From NCBI GenBank assembly GCA_001771535.1, contig MEUB01000007.1, positions 1,386 through 65,385 on the forward strand: a stretch of 64,000 bases of DNA. Reading direction: 5' to 3'. Positions within the stretch are counted from its first letter, which is position 1. Every line of letters starts with the position of its first letter. The DNA comes from a candidate division WOR-1 bacterium RIFOXYB2_FULL_37_13. Lineage in GTDB: Bacteria; Margulisbacteria; WOR-1; XYC2-FULL-46-14; XYC2-FULL-37-10. The position numbers and the translations under genes were made by a program. The notes under the pieces are model-generated. The model did no database searches. It was given only the letters and a program-made list of their open reading frames with translations, and was not told where the DNA came from. Positions 46,888 to 57,289 of the stretch are shown here, piece by piece.

Positions 46888-48207
46888 ATGATAACACCAA
46901 TAACACCAAGGGTATCATCAGCAATAAGGAAAAGCATCATTCCCAACATAATAAGAAACGGACAGAGACTCCCTGTTCCAACCATACAAATGGCAAGAGT
47001 TAACCATAAAGAGATAAAAAATGGAGGATTATTAAGGCTTGTACGCACAGCATTCCCTGAAATTGCTTTAACAGCAATTAACAACCTAAAAAAAAGAAAT
47101 GTTTCAGAAGAAACAATTATGGAGAGTGCGGCGCAAAGTCCTTATGAGGCGATAATGGAAATAGCTGCTGATTCCAGTCAAACCACAATACCAACCCTTA
47201 TTAAGTTATCAGAAAAGATTATATGTGACAAGCTAAAAGATCGTGTTGCTGAAGCAACTGAAAGCGATTTAATAGCAATGGCAAAAAGTGATCAGTGCCT
47301 GCTAAACTTAATAGCCGCTCGCTGTGAAAGAACTCCAATGAACGAATTAATGCATTTAGTCAAGAAATCTACTGATAGTCTCGTTCAAATTATTGCATGG
47401 GATAATTTAGTCCGCTGGTGTAGTTCTATTGAAATAAAAGATGTATCGACTATTTACAACGCAGCAAGCAACCCCGATAAAAGCAGAATATATCTTGCTC
47501 TAAAAACCAGGACTTCAACAATTACACAAGAAGAAGCATCATTATTGGTCAAACAAAACGACATACAGCTATGGGAGGTCGCTCTTGCATCGCCAGATGT
47601 TTCCGTTGAAGATCTACTTTTCTTATCTTCACTCTATCATTTTGGCATGTCAAAAATAGCAAGAGATGCTAATGAAGTGCTAGCAACAAGGAATGTAAGC
47701 CCTGAAGAAATAAAGTCAAAATCTAAGGCTGCTTTTTTACGGGCTTCAGCAACATTAGAAATTAAAAATTATGAAAACCCCATAAAAGACTGGATTCGCG
47801 GTATCTTTTTTCGCAAAAGTAAAGTTCCTTTATTCGAGCAGCTTGGAGTTTCAAACATCGAATTCATGGAAGCCGCGGTAAGAAGTCCGATGGTCGATAT
47901 TCAAATAGAAGCAATAAAATCGGGCTTAGTTTCCACTGTTATTCTTTTAGAAATTATTAAAAGCAAATACCTGTTAAAAAGATATTCTGTTAGATGTATT
48001 ATTATGGCAGCAGTTGAAGCTCTATATAAAAAGAATGTACCAATTGAAACAATACTGGAGGCCGCAGTAAGCAGTTCAAATAGCAACCACTTGCGAGAAG
48101 CTGTCGTATGTTTCTATAATCCCTCTGCAGAAGCTTTGGCGCAAAGAACTGATCTCGAATATTCAGCAATAGAGGCATTAATTAAAGCCTTAAACAAAGA
48201 AGGTTAA
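46888..48207 (+). CDS. Orphan alpha-solenoid protein with leucine-rich-variant/HEAT-like repeats
   Basis: Recurrent approximately 24-aa units: AAQSPYEAIMEIAAD, ALASPDVSVEDLLFL, AVRSPMVDIQIEAIK, AASNPDKSRIYLAL. The ORF track start at 46828 lies inside the promoter motif. AGGAGG precedes the ATG at 46888 (MITPITPRV..). Confidence 0.55.
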   Translation: MITPITPRVSSAIRKSIIPNIIRNGQRLPVPTIQMARVNHKEIKNGGLLRLVRTAFPEIALTAINNLKKRNVSEETIMESAAQSPYEAIMEIAADSSQTTIPTLIKLSEKIICDKLKDRVAEATESDLIAMAKSDQCLLNLIAARCERTPMNELMHLVKKSTDSLVQIIAWDNLVRWCSSIEIKDVSTIYNAASNPDKSRIYLALKTRTSTITQEEASLLVKQNDIQLWEVALASPDVSVEDLLFLSSLYHFGMSKIARDANEVLATRNVSPEEIKSKSKAAFLRASATLEIKNYENPIKDWIRGIFFRKSKVPLFEQLGVSNIEFMEAAVRSPMVDIQIEAIKSGLVSTVILLEIIKSKYLLKRYSVRCIIMAAVEALYKKNVPIETILEAAVSSSNSNHLREAVVCFYNPSAEALAQRTDLEYSAIEALIKALNKEG

Positions 48208-48222
48208 ATTTTATATCAAATC

Positions 48223-48258
48223 AACGCCTGTTTATAACAAGACAGGCGTTATGATTTT
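48223..48258 (+). terminator. Rho-independent terminator
   Basis: Perfect 9-bp stem AACGCCTGT/ACAGGCGTT with a 10-nt loop, followed by ATGATTTT. Confidence 0.65.
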
Positions 48259-48328
48259 GCAGCATCTCATCATTGCAAAACCCCTCTATAAATAGTAATA
48301 TTATAAAATAACTATTGGACATTAAATC

Positions 48329-48886
48329 ATGGCAGTATCTATAACAGAAATAAGACAAGGAAATACTTTTGAATATAAAGGTGATATCTTCCGTTGCGTG
48401 GAATATAACCACATAAAATGGGCTCAACAGGCTAGAATTCGGCTTAAAATGAAAAATCTTCGCACCGGAGCTATTATAGAAGAAACCTTTAATGTAGGCG
48501 TGAAACTGGAAAAGATACACATTGAATACCGCCCCATGCAATACTTATATAACGACGGCGAAAAATACCACTTTATGGATCAGGAAACCTTTAACCAAAT
48601 TGAACTTAAAAAAGAACAGCTTGGCGGGACGGAACGATTTATAAAAGAAGGCTTTATTGTAAACATCGCTTTTCATGAAGAAGAGGCACTGGATATAACA
48701 CTGCCTGCCTCTGTAGACTTGAAAGTGACAGAAACAACTCCGGAATTTAAAGGAAATACCGTCTCCGGAGGAAAGCCTGCTACCGTAGAAACGGGTTATA
48801 CAATTCCGTCTGTCCCATTTTTTACAAAAGTCGGAGATGTTTTAAAAGTTGACACAAGAGACGGGAAATATTTGGGACGGTCATAA
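48329..48886 (+). CDS. efp: Elongation factor P with non-canonical beta3-beta4 loop
   Basis: Full three-domain EF-P pattern ([36 protein letters not shown]). The loop reads HIKWAQQA where KPGKGxA is expected. Sits in efp-accB synteny. Confidence 0.88.
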   Translation: MAVSITEIRQGNTFEYKGDIFRCVEYNHIKWAQQARIRLKMKNLRTGAIIEETFNVGVKLEKIHIEYRPMQYLYNDGEKYHFMDQETFNQIELKKEQLGGTERFIKEGFIVNIAFHEEEALDITLPASVDLKVTETTPEFKGNTVSGGKPATVETGYTIPSVPFFTKVGDVLKVDTRDGKYLGRS

Positions 48887-48900
48887 ATGGAGGAAATAAA

Positions 48901-49344
48901 ATGGTTGACTTTGATTTACTGAAAAAGCTTATTGAAATGGTTAAAAATGAAGATATATCAGGTATTACTATCGAAGATAAAGGAACAAAATATGAAATAA
49001 AACGTGAACGTGGAGGCGTTGTTATGTCAAACCCGCCCTCACTCCAAACATCTAATACCCCAGTCTCTCATATCCAACAGTCAACACCTGATGTAGATGA
49101 AGATTTGCTGGCTATAACTTCTCCAATGGTAGGCACTTTTTATTCTGCCCCTTCGCCGGATTCTCCTGCATTTGTAAAAGTTGGAGACAATGTAAACTCC
49201 GGCAAAGTTGTCTGCATCGTAGAAGCTATGAAATTGTTTAATGAAATAGAATCTGAAGTTTCGGGTACAATCGTAAAAATCTTGGTCGAAAACGGCAAAC
49301 CTGTTGAATATGGCCAGAAACTAATGCTGGTCAAAAAGGGATGA
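48901..49344 (+). CDS. accB: Biotin carboxyl carrier protein
   Basis: Biotinylation motif [13 protein letters not shown] and SPMVGTFY. Confidence 0.92.
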   Translation: MVDFDLLKKLIEMVKNEDISGITIEDKGTKYEIKRERGGVVMSNPPSLQTSNTPVSHIQQSTPDVDEDLLAITSPMVGTFYSAPSPDSPAFVKVGDNVNSGKVVCIVEAMKLFNEIESEVSGTIVKILVENGKPVEYGQKLMLVKKG

Positions 49345-51032
49345 AAAGGTGGGATCTACTCCCCCCAAATGATGAAATCAGCCGCACCCTTTCAAAAGAG
49401 CTGAATATCTCTCCCATTACAGCCCAGATACTGATAAATAGAAAAATACTGGATCCAAAAAATGCTCAGGAGTTTCTCTCTCCTCGATTAATGAACTTAA
49501 ACGATCCCTTTAATATCCCTGATATCAAAAAAGGGGCTGAAAGGATAATCCTCGCCAAACAAAGAGGAGAAAAAGTTGTCGTTTATGGCGATTATGATGT
49601 TGACGGAGTTACGGGAACCGCGATTTTGCTTGAAACTCTAAAGCACATTGGAATGAATCCTTCTTATTATATTCCCTACCGTTACGGCGAAGGATATTCT
49701 TTGAATATAGGTGCCGTCAAAAAGCTTAAAGAGGAAGGAACCAATCTTATAATAACCGTCGATTGCGGGATTTCAAGCTTCTTAGAAATTGAAGAGGCAA
49801 ATTCTTTAGGAATGGAAGTAATTGTTACCGATCATCACAATATACCAAAAGAACTTCCAAATGCCTACGCGATTATAAATCCAAAATTGATAAAAGAAGA
49901 AAATACGAGCAGGAACCTTTCAGGCGCCGGAGTCGCCTTTAAATTTGCCTGGGGATTGTTAAGAACCCTTGGAAATAATGAAAACGGCTTTTTAACAAGT
50001 CTGCTGGACTTGGCTGCGCTTGGAACTATCGCGGACGTCGTCCCCTTAACTGGAGAAAACAGGATATTGGCAAAAAAAGGCCTTGAGGTTTTAAAAGAAA
50101 GGAAAAGGCTCGGAATAGCAGCCCTTGCACTAGCCGCGGGGTTAAAAGAAGACCTTTCGATCAGGGATATAAATTTTGGGCTGGCTCCCAGGATTAATGC
50201 CGCAGGGAGACTGGAACATGCTTCGCTGGCAGTAAATCTCCTTATTTCCAAAGAAGCCTTTGAAGCTGAAACACTGGCCAAACAGCTGCATGGCATTAAC
50301 ATAAAAAGACAGGAAATCGGAGAAATTATGAATAAAGAAATCTCCTTAAAAATAAAAGAAGCCGATATAGCAAAAGAAAAAATAATTGTAATGTCAGGAG
50401 AAAACTGGCATGCCGGAGTCATAGGCATTATTGCTTCAAGAATTGTAGAAAAATATTACAGGCCTGTGGTGCTTATAAGCATAAATGAAGGGCTTGGCCG
50501 CGGATCAGCAAGATCAATTGACGGATTTAATGTTTTTAATCTCCTTGATTCCTGCCGTGATCTTTTTATAGATTTCGGCGGCCATGCGGCGGCGGCTGGT
50601 TTTGCGATAGAGCCCATGAAAATACCGGAATTACAAAAAAGACTGGCTGAAGCTTTGCTTACTTTGGATATAGACTTTACGCCAAGAATAACAATTGACG
50701 CATTGCTTAACCCGGAACAGGCAACTCTCGGGTTAGTTGAAGAACTGGCTCTTTTAGGACCTTATGGCCAAGACAACCCATCGCCTATTTTTATAAGCTC
50801 CGATCTTCACCCTATTGATATAAAATCGGTAGGAAATGACGGCGCGCATCTTAAAATAAAATTTATCGGAAAGAACTCCGCGACAGTAGACGCTATTGGT
50901 TTTGGGCTTGGAAAACTAAAAGATTCTATAAATCTCAATTCAAACTGCGATATTGTTTATTCTTTGGAAAGGAACCTATGGAATGGGTTTGAATCTGTCC
51001 AGTTTAATCTTGTTGATGTAAAAGAGCATTAA
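49341..51032 (+). CDS. recJ: Single-stranded-DNA-specific exonuclease RecJ
   Basis: DHH motifs [27 protein letters not shown]1 motif GGHAAAAGF. Confidence 0.93.
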   Translation: MKRWDLLPPNDEISRTLSKELNISPITAQILINRKILDPKNAQEFLSPRLMNLNDPFNIPDIKKGAERIILAKQRGEKVVVYGDYDVDGVTGTAILLETLKHIGMNPSYYIPYRYGEGYSLNIGAVKKLKEEGTNLIITVDCGISSFLEIEEANSLGMEVIVTDHHNIPKELPNAYAIINPKLIKEENTSRNLSGAGVAFKFAWGLLRTLGNNENGFLTSLLDLAALGTIADVVPLTGENRILAKKGLEVLKERKRLGIAALALAAGLKEDLSIRDINFGLAPRINAAGRLEHASLAVNLLISKEAFEAETLAKQLHGINIKRQEIGEIMNKEISLKIKEADIAKEKIIVMSGENWHAGVIGIIASRIVEKYYRPVVLISINEGLGRGSARSIDGFNVFNLLDSCRDLFIDFGGHAAAAGFAIEPMKIPELQKRLAEALLTLDIDFTPRITIDALLNPEQATLGLVEELALLGPYGQDNPSPIFISSDLHPIDIKSVGNDGAHLKIKFIGKNSATVDAIGFGLGKLKDSINLNSNCDIVYSLERNLWNGFESVQFNLVDVKEH

Positions 51033-51050
51033 ATTTTATATAATAAGCTT

Positions 51051-52352
51051 ATGAAAATACTAATTATCGGATCTGGAGGAAGAGAACATGCCCTTGTCTG
51101 GAAAGTTGCCCAAAGCCCGCGCGTTTCAGAAATATTCTGCGCGCCGGGGAACGCGGGAACTTCGCAAATAGCCGTCAATGTCAACATACAGGCAGATAAT
51201 ATCCCTGCGTTGCTTGAGTTCGCTAAAAAAAACAAAATCGACCTGACAATAGTAGGGCCTGAAGTCGCGCTTATTTTAGGGATTGTGGATCAGTTTAAAG
51301 CTGCCGGGTTGAAAATATTTGGTCCGTCAAAAGGGGCGGCGCAAATCGAAGGGAGCAAGGTTTTTTCAAAAAATCTGATGCGCAAATACAAAATACCGAC
51401 TGCCGATTACCTCTCTTTTAAAGATCCTAAAGAAGCAAAGGCTTTTTTAAAAAAAATAGGAACCCCTGTCGTCATAAAAGCAGACGGGCTGGCCGCGGGG
51501 AAAGGGGTTTTGATCTGCAAAACAGAAGATGAGGCTGAACTTGCCATAGAAAATATCCTGTGCAAAAAATCGTTTGGAGAAGCAGGAAACGAAGTTGTGA
51601 TTGAAGAATTTCTTTGCGGAGAAGAAGCTTCTATCCTTTGCTTTACAGACGGGACAACAATTATCCCCATGGCTTCAGCTCAGGATCATAAACGCGCGTT
51701 CGACAATGATGAAGGCTTAAATACCGGAGGGATGGGCGCCTACTCCCCCGCCCCTATCGTTACAAAAGAGCTTCTTAACTATGTAGATTCACAAATTTTA
51801 AAGCCGACTATAACAGCCATGGAGCAAGAGGGCTACAAATACAGCGGAATTCTTTACGTCGGAATTATGGTCACAAAAGACGGGCCAAAAGTTTTGGAAT
51901 ACAACGCAAGGTTTGGAGATCCTGAAACTCAATGCATATTGCCCAGACTTAAAGGGGATATTATAGATATTATAGAAAAGATACTCGACGAAAAGCTCAC
52001 GTCAGCAACTTTAGAATGGGATCCCCGCCCCGCAGTCTGTGTAGTCATTGCGGCCGGCGGATATCCGGGCACATACAAAAAAGGACTTGAAATTACCGGG
52101 CTTGATAAAGCAAGAGAGCTTGACGATGTTATTGTCTTCCACGCGGGAACAAAACTGGACAGCAGCAAAGAAAAAACAGAAACCAGATGCCTGACAAACG
52201 GAGGAAGAGTTCTTAATATCGTCGGAATTGGGGATGACATTAAAGCCGCGATTGATCATGCGTATAAAGCTGTAGAGCTAATTCATTTTGAAGGAATGCA
52301 TTACAGAAAAGATATAGGCAAAAAAGCTCTTATTAAAATTTTAAAAACTTGA
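51051..52352 (+). CDS. purD: Phosphoribosylamine-glycine ligase
   Basis: MKILIIGSGGREHAL, VIKADGLAAGKGV, EYNARFGDPE. Confidence 0.96.
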   Translation: MKILIIGSGGREHALVWKVAQSPRVSEIFCAPGNAGTSQIAVNVNIQADNIPALLEFAKKNKIDLTIVGPEVALILGIVDQFKAAGLKIFGPSKGAAQIEGSKVFSKNLMRKYKIPTADYLSFKDPKEAKAFLKKIGTPVVIKADGLAAGKGVLICKTEDEAELAIENILCKKSFGEAGNEVVIEEFLCGEEASILCFTDGTTIIPMASAQDHKRAFDNDEGLNTGGMGAYSPAPIVTKELLNYVDSQILKPTITAMEQEGYKYSGILYVGIMVTKDGPKVLEYNARFGDPETQCILPRLKGDIIDIIEKILDEKLTSATLEWDPRPAVCVVIAAGGYPGTYKKGLEITGLDKARELDDVIVFHAGTKLDSSKEKTETRCLTNGGRVLNIVGIGDDIKAAIDHAYKAVELIHFEGMHYRKDIGKKALIKILKT

Positions 52353-52914
52353 CGTTGTTATAGCCTGATTTTTTAGGGTTGGGCTTTTGCGGTTGCGGTG
52401 TTTCGGGAAGCGAAGCACCATGTTTTTCAGGTAAAGGAGAAACTATAAAAGAATCTTTAGCAGGTTTTTCTTCTTTTTGCGGGACTTGGTTTGTAATTAA
52501 AATCTTCCGTCTTATAATGGTAAGCGTCTCACTATTCTGCGGGTTGGCAACATTATTAAAAATAGGCTTAAACGACTCTTCCTTTTTTGCAGGAACCGTT
52601 TCAAGCAGAGTTGGTTGAACGGCTTTTAAAACTTGAAAGCCTTCTTTGACTTCTTTGACAACTTTTAATCCGATTTCAGATTTTCCCCTGGCTGACAAAA
52701 TATTCTTATGGTTAACCTGGATAGATTCTACAAGCTGGCAAAAACTTTCTTCTCCGTTTTTAAATTCAATATAATCACCGACTTTCAAAGGAGCGGAAAG
52801 TTTTACAGCAGCAACATTGATTTTGCCAAAATAATGGGTAACAACACCCAAAAGATTAGTTTTTTTTGGCTTTCTTTTTTTGCTGCCTAAGACCTTTTTA
52901 ATTTTTTTCGGCAT
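52333..52914 (-). CDS. EF-Tu-domain-2-like beta-barrel protein with Lys-rich N-terminus and Pro-rich tail
   Basis: GVVTHYFGKINVAAVKLSAPLKVGDYIEF..GKSEIGLKV resembles translation-factor domain II-like small proteins. Overlaps the purD 3' end by 20 nt. Confidence 0.45.
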   Translation of the reverse strand: MPKKIKKVLGSKKRKPKKTNLLGVVTHYFGKINVAAVKLSAPLKVGDYIEFKNGEESFCQLVESIQVNHKNILSARGKSEIGLKVVKEVKEGFQVLKAVQPTLLETVPAKKEESFKPIFNNVANPQNSETLTIIRRKILITNQVPQKEEKPAKDSFIVSPLPEKHGASLPETPQPQKPNPKKSGYNNVKFLKF

Positions 52915-53060
52915 AAAATCTCCGTCTGCAGATAATCTTACATAAAAACATAAAGCATTTCAATCAAAATCTGTTTTAAGATTCGCACAATTTACTAAGA
53001 ATTCTTCTTATGGTATTATTATACTGTGTGAATCATTGGTTTTTCACTAAATACTTGACT

Positions 53061-53134
53061 GTCCCCGTAGCTCAACCGGATAGAGCAACAGATTTCTAAT
53101 CTGTAGGCTGGAGGTTCGATTCCTCTCGGGGACG
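53061..53134 (+). tRNA. tRNA-Arg (anticodon TCT)
   Basis: Acceptor GTCCCCG/CGGGGAC, D arm GCTC..GAGC, anticodon stem ACAGA/TCTGT with loop TTTCTAA, T arm GGAGG-TTCGATT-CCTCT, discriminator G. Confidence 0.9.
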
Positions 53135-53139
53135 AGGTT

Positions 53140-54405
53140 TTATCTCCAAATAAACCATACAAACAAAGCCGAAGCAGAAACCGCGATTATAGTGAATGGA
53201 AGACCAATTTTGACAAATTCCATAAAAGAGACGGGCGTTCCTTCTTTTTTCAAAATGCCGCAAGCAGCAATATTCGCGGATGCCCCTATTGGCGTAACAT
53301 TACCGCCAACACTGGCACCTATCAGCAGACCAAAAAACAAAAGATAGGGGCTTACAGTCATACTTTCGGACATGGTAGCAATAACAGGAAGCATTGTAAG
53401 CAAAAAAGGGACATTATCAACAAATGCTGACACAAAAACAGATATAACAACTATTAATAGATAACCCAGAAGAGCATTTTGTCCCACGATTCCCGACAAA
53501 AAAACTGCAAACGAAGTTATCCAGCCTGTTAAGGTAAGCCCTCCAACCAAAACAAAAACCCCTAAAAGAAAAAAAGTCGTCTCCCAATCAAGCTTTTTTA
53601 GCCCTTCAAGCATTTTGACGCCATCAACAAGTTTTGCCCAAATAAGAGAAAGCAAGCCAAACAACATACACAAAACACCAGGTTGCGGAATAATGGTAAA
53701 AAACGAAGAGAGGGCTAAAAGTACTATTAGCAAACATAGTATAACTGTGGGTACCCAAGATTTTATTTTTTCTTCGGAAATAATATTGACATTTTCTTTA
53801 TGTTCCCTAAAAACAAAATATAAAAAGACAAAAGAGGCCAAAGCTCCCGCCTGAATAGCCCAAAATATGCTGGGGCGACCCATAAAAAAGAAGAAATCAT
53901 TAAATGTCATACCTGTAAAACTGCCAAGGAGCATACTTGGAGGATCACCTATTAAAGTCGCTGCTCCTTGAAGATTGCTTGTAATTGCTATTGCGATAAG
54001 CATTTTGGCAGGATTAAAGTTAAGTTTTCTTGCCAAAGATAAAGCGATTGGCGCGACAATTAAAACGGTCGCGACATTTTCAACAAACGCGGATATAAAA
54101 CTCGTCAAAACACAAATAAATAAAATAGCCCATACGGTTTTTTTGGTCTTATTGACAATAACCTCAGCAAAATAAGCGGGTACACGGCTTTGCATAAAGA
54201 TATCGGCAATTATGAGCATGCCGACAAACATCCCCATTACATTCCAGCTAATGGAGTAAAAAGCGTCAATAGGCAAAACAGTCCCCGTAACAATTAAAAG
54301 AAAAGCGCCAAGAAGCGCGATATGCGTGCGATAGATTGGGAAAAATATAAAACACAAATAAGAAAGAACAAATATTACCAATGAAACAATTTTCGGATCC
54401 AACAC
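53140..54405 (-). CDS. ArsB/NhaD-superfamily anion permease
   Basis: 421 aa with about 10-12 TM helices. The general pattern fits the YbiR/ArsB/NhaD (citrate-transporter-like) family. Confidence 0.6.
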   Translation of the reverse strand: MLDPKIVSLVIFVLSYLCFIFFPIYRTHIALLGAFLLIVTGTVLPIDAFYSISWNVMGMFVGMLIIADIFMQSRVPAYFAEVIVNKTKKTVWAILFICVLTSFISAFVENVATVLIVAPIALSLARKLNFNPAKMLIAIAITSNLQGAATLIGDPPSMLLGSFTGMTFNDFFFFMGRPSIFWAIQAGALASFVFLYFVFREHKENVNIISEEKIKSWVPTVILCLLIVLLALSSFFTIIPQPGVLCMLFGLLSLIWAKLVDGVKMLEGLKKLDWETTFFLLGVFVLVGGLTLTGWITSFAVFLSGIVGQNALLGYLLIVVISVFVSAFVDNVPFLLTMLPVIATMSESMTVSPYLLFFGLLIGASVGGNVTPIGASANIAACGILKKEGTPVSFMEFVKIGLPFTIIAVSASALFVWFIWR

Positions 54406-54483
54406 AGTTCAGCCTCCTGTTTCCAACAATTTAAATTTTATCATGAAATAAGGAAAAGGAAAGAGTATGTTATAATTAAATAC

Positions 54484-54831
54484 ATGCAAATTATAAAAAA
54501 CAAAACAACAATTAATGAACTCAAAAAAATGTCCGCAAAAATGTTTGGCAATATGGTAAAGGCCGTTGTAGATATAGAAAAAAACATTATGGCAGTTGAT
54601 GCAGGGCTTCATGCGGACGAAGAAGCACTGCTTATTGAAAACGGATCAAATAATGCCAATTTATGGGGAATAAACATATATCCTGAACTTTATGGAACAT
54701 CTGATTATATTGAATTTGATTCAATGATAAATATTCGACCTCTTCAAGAGAATAAAACAAGAAATGTTGAAAATGCTGCGGTCAGAGAAAAAATTTTAAA
54801 GACAATAAATCAATTGATCAAAAATGAATAA
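54484..54831 (+). CDS. DUF5674-like small protein
   Basis: MQIIKNKTTINELKKMS..VKAVVDIEKNIMAVDAGLHADEEALLIENGS..LWGINIYP resembles the DUF5674 family. TGtTATAAT extended -10 at 54463-54471. Confidence 0.5.
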   Translation: MQIIKNKTTINELKKMSAKMFGNMVKAVVDIEKNIMAVDAGLHADEEALLIENGSNNANLWGINIYPELYGTSDYIEFDSMINIRPLQENKTRNVENAAVREKILKTINQLIKNE

Positions 54832-55162
54832 TTACCAGCATAAAGATTTGGCAAACGGAAGATGGAACGAGCTTTCTTTTTTTGAACAGATGGCAAATAT
54901 CGGGAGTGAAGTTATAAGGGCTATAAGCTGGAGGAACAAGGGGAACAAGAAATTTTCCGATCTGTCCTTTGAAAGGGCATTAGAACTTTTTGATCTTACC
55001 ATTTCCGACTCAAAAAACAGGAAAAGGTTAAAGGAAGTAACAAGAGGAAGAGAGGTCTTTGTAGATTATTTAGTATGCGACAATATTTATGGATCTGACG
55101 ACAAATTTTTTCAAAATTACTTCCATGCTTTTAATTATGCGGCCAGAATTGGTCACGCTTAA
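54824..55162 (+). CDS. Hypothetical 112-aa protein translationally coupled to the DUF5674-like gene
   Basis: Start overlaps the upstream stop (ATGAATAA). Helical protein with no recognisable motif. Confidence 0.5.
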   Translation: MNNYQHKDLANGRWNELSFFEQMANIGSEVIRAISWRNKGNKKFSDLSFERALELFDLTISDSKNRKRLKEVTRGREVFVDYLVCDNIYGSDDKFFQNYFHAFNYAARIGHA

Positions 55163-55181
55163 TTAACCCGAGATCTTTACC

Positions 55182-55490
55182 CTAAATCCTCCCAATAAAA
55201 TAACCAAGCAAACTCCCCAAAATCAAAGTCATAATTATAATCGGAATTCTTTGTGTGAATCCGCCATTAATGATAGGAAGTACAGGCAGAACCAAAAGAA
55301 ATGAAACCAGAACTCCTTTAGCAATACTGTTTAACGCAATGTTGGAAGTTGCTATAAAAAAAGCCGCAATGACCCATGTTAAAAAAGCTGCAAGATTGGC
55401 GTTCCATGGCAATTTCATAATGAGCATTGGCGTAATATCAATAAGCCCCGCAATAATTCCAAAAATGAGTACAAGATAAATTTTTTCCAT
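55182..55490 (-). CDS. Small integral membrane protein (3 TM helices)
   Basis: 102 aa and hydrophobic throughout. A decayed second copy lies at 58956-59119. Confidence 0.6.
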   Translation of the reverse strand: MEKIYLVLIFGIIAGLIDITPMLIMKLPWNANLAAFLTWVIAAFFIATSNIALNSIAKGVLVSFLLVLPVLPIINGGFTQRIPIIIMTLILGSLLGYFIGRI

Positions 55491-55576
55491 GGTTTGGCTC
55501 CTTATGTTTAAATAATTATAGAAATAATAGCATATTTTTGTGGGGTAGAGGTATCCTAGAAATTAGAGCCAGGGAC

Positions 55577-55613
55577 AGAGATTGGAAATTAGAGATTCGA
55601 TATTGGAAATTGG
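55577..55613. repeat. Solo arm of the heptad-periodic repeat
   Basis: AGAGATT GGAAATT AGAGATT CGATATT GGAAATT GG. The same arm occurs at 57053-57089 and 59603-59639. Confidence 0.85.
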
Positions 55614-55721
55614 CATGAACACTGTTGGGAAACTCAAAATAAGTAAGGGTATCATCAAAATTCATAGCAAAATATTTTTAAGTCAACAGTAAATTTACGC
55701 ATTATATCAATTACAAATTCA

Positions 55722-56816
55722 TCAACGACTTTTTAAAGCAAACACTCCAAGCCCCGTATAATCATAAACAGGTTCAAAATTTGTGCCAACTCTTTCTATG
55801 TCTGGCCAAAGCTCTTTCTCAAAATAGTACTCATTATATAACCTCTTATGGCCCGAAGTAGTGTTAAGTCGTTTCTCTCGAGGAAGAGAAATACATAATA
55901 GAGATCTTGTATGTTTCAACAATTCAAGAATAAGACTTGCTGTTGGAAGGTCTATATGTTCTAAAACATGGTTAATCGTAATTGCATCAACCATTGGCTC
56001 TCCAGTTTGAGTTTGTATAAGTCTACATAAAGGCTCTGTATTTACTCTTGTTTCACCGTATATTTGATCTTTTGCGGCACTAGTCTGAGCATCATCTAAT
56101 CTTCCTTCTAGAAAATCATGTTCTGCAAATCTAACTTTATTTAATGAACTATTCAAATGTTGGAAACTACCTCCAGCACATTGAAATCTTTGGCCCATTA
56201 AATCAGTTCCAATCACTGTCGAAAGAGGGAAGCTTTGAGCAAATAACAATGGAGCCTCTCCATGTCCACAACCAATATCCATTATTGATCCATTTTTTTT
56301 AACAACTCTTCGCATGACATCAACTTCTGCATAATAAATAGCAGAAAAAAGCTGAATATGCGAATACCCTTCTTCATATGGGTCTGTAGGAATTGGTGAA
56401 GAAGTTCCTCCGTTAACAGATTCTCCATACCTATGAAATTGAAAAACAAATTCTCTCATAGTTTGCTCAAAATATCTGTAATGATGCTCTTCATCGGCAA
56501 TGAATCTTCCTTGGTTATTTTCAAATATTAAGCGAACCATATATGTTCCAACTGAATGTGGGTTTTCTATCCCTAATTTTTCCAAAGCTACTTTTATAGG
56601 CCAATAAGTTTCTTTATTTACATCTGCTGCTTTTATCAAAGGATATATCGTAAGATTATTTCCTTGTATAAGATAAGCAAAAAGAGGTTTCTGTCTATAA
56701 TAAATGGTTTTTGCATTATAAAGGGGGCTTTCAAACTTAAAATTAATTTTTTCTGAAATGGATAAATGATATAGAGTTGATGCAGATTTACTTACTGCAG
56801 ACGCAGACAAACTCAT
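55722..56816 (-). CDS. Two-domain protein: unknown N-domain plus class I SAM methyltransferase
   Basis: Motif I IMDIGCGHGEAPL, an acidic residue in VRFAEHDF, and VDAITINHVLEHI. No signal peptide. Confidence 0.6.
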   Translation of the reverse strand: MSLSASAVSKSASTLYHLSISEKINFKFESPLYNAKTIYYRQKPLFAYLIQGNNLTIYPLIKAADVNKETYWPIKVALEKLGIENPHSVGTYMVRLIFENNQGRFIADEEHHYRYFEQTMREFVFQFHRYGESVNGGTSSPIPTDPYEEGYSHIQLFSAIYYAEVDVMRRVVKKNGSIMDIGCGHGEAPLLFAQSFPLSTVIGTDLMGQRFQCAGGSFQHLNSSLNKVRFAEHDFLEGRLDDAQTSAAKDQIYGETRVNTEPLCRLIQTQTGEPMVDAITINHVLEHIDLPTASLILELLKHTRSLLCISLPREKRLNTTSGHKRLYNEYYFEKELWPDIERVGTNFEPVYDYTGLGVFALKSR

Positions 56817-56949
56817 AAATTTTCTTTAACTCCTTTATTCACTAATTTTAAAACCATCAACAGGAGATTCAGAGCCTTCAAGATTCATTGGCAACCGCTT
56901 TCCCCTACACACATGTTTCGCCAATGAATAATAATAATTTCACTCACAT

Positions 56950-57036
56950 GCCAAAGAAACTTTTGATGACATATATTCAATTGCTGAAAGCATTGGCAAA
57001 ATGATTAATGGCTTGATAAATTTTTTAAAAGAGTGA
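56950..57036 (+). pseudogene. 3' fragment of a four-helix-bundle (23S IVS protein family) gene
   Basis: CCAAAGAAACTTTTGATGACATATATTCAATTGCTGAAAGCATTGGCAAAATGATTAATGGCTTGATAAATTTTTTAAAAGAGTGA is near-identical to 59500-59586. The upstream coding part is absent. Confidence 0.8.
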
Positions 57037-57052
57037 GTAAGGAAAAGGGGAA

Positions 57053-57141
57053 AGAGATTGGAAATTAGAGATTCGATATTAGAAATTGGTGTGCTTTTTC
57101 CAACCTAATCTCCAATCTCCAATTTCTAATCTCTAATCTCT
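57053..57141. repeat. Heptad-periodic imperfect inverted repeat (long hairpin)
   Basis: Left arm AGAGATTGGAAATTAGAGATTCGATATTAGAAATTGG. Right arm CCAACCTAATCTCCAATCTCCAATTTCTAATCTCTAATCTCT. Confidence 0.8.
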
Positions 57142-57149
57142 AAATAGAA

Positions 57150-57189
57150 TGCGCGCTACTGGGATCGAACCAGTGACCCCTTGCCTGTC
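57150..57189 (-). repeat. Partial copy of the tRNA-Val 3' half (att-like direct repeat)
   Basis: TGCGCGCTACTGGGATCGAACCAGTGACCCCTTGCCTGTC is identical to 59695-59734. Confidence 0.9.
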
Positions 57190-57289
57190 TGTCAAAAGAC
57201 ATGAATAAAAACTTCTATTTTTCTCTCTTTCAAAACTAAATAATCGTTAATTGACTTGCAATAATCAATTAATTTAGTAACATTGTTGT

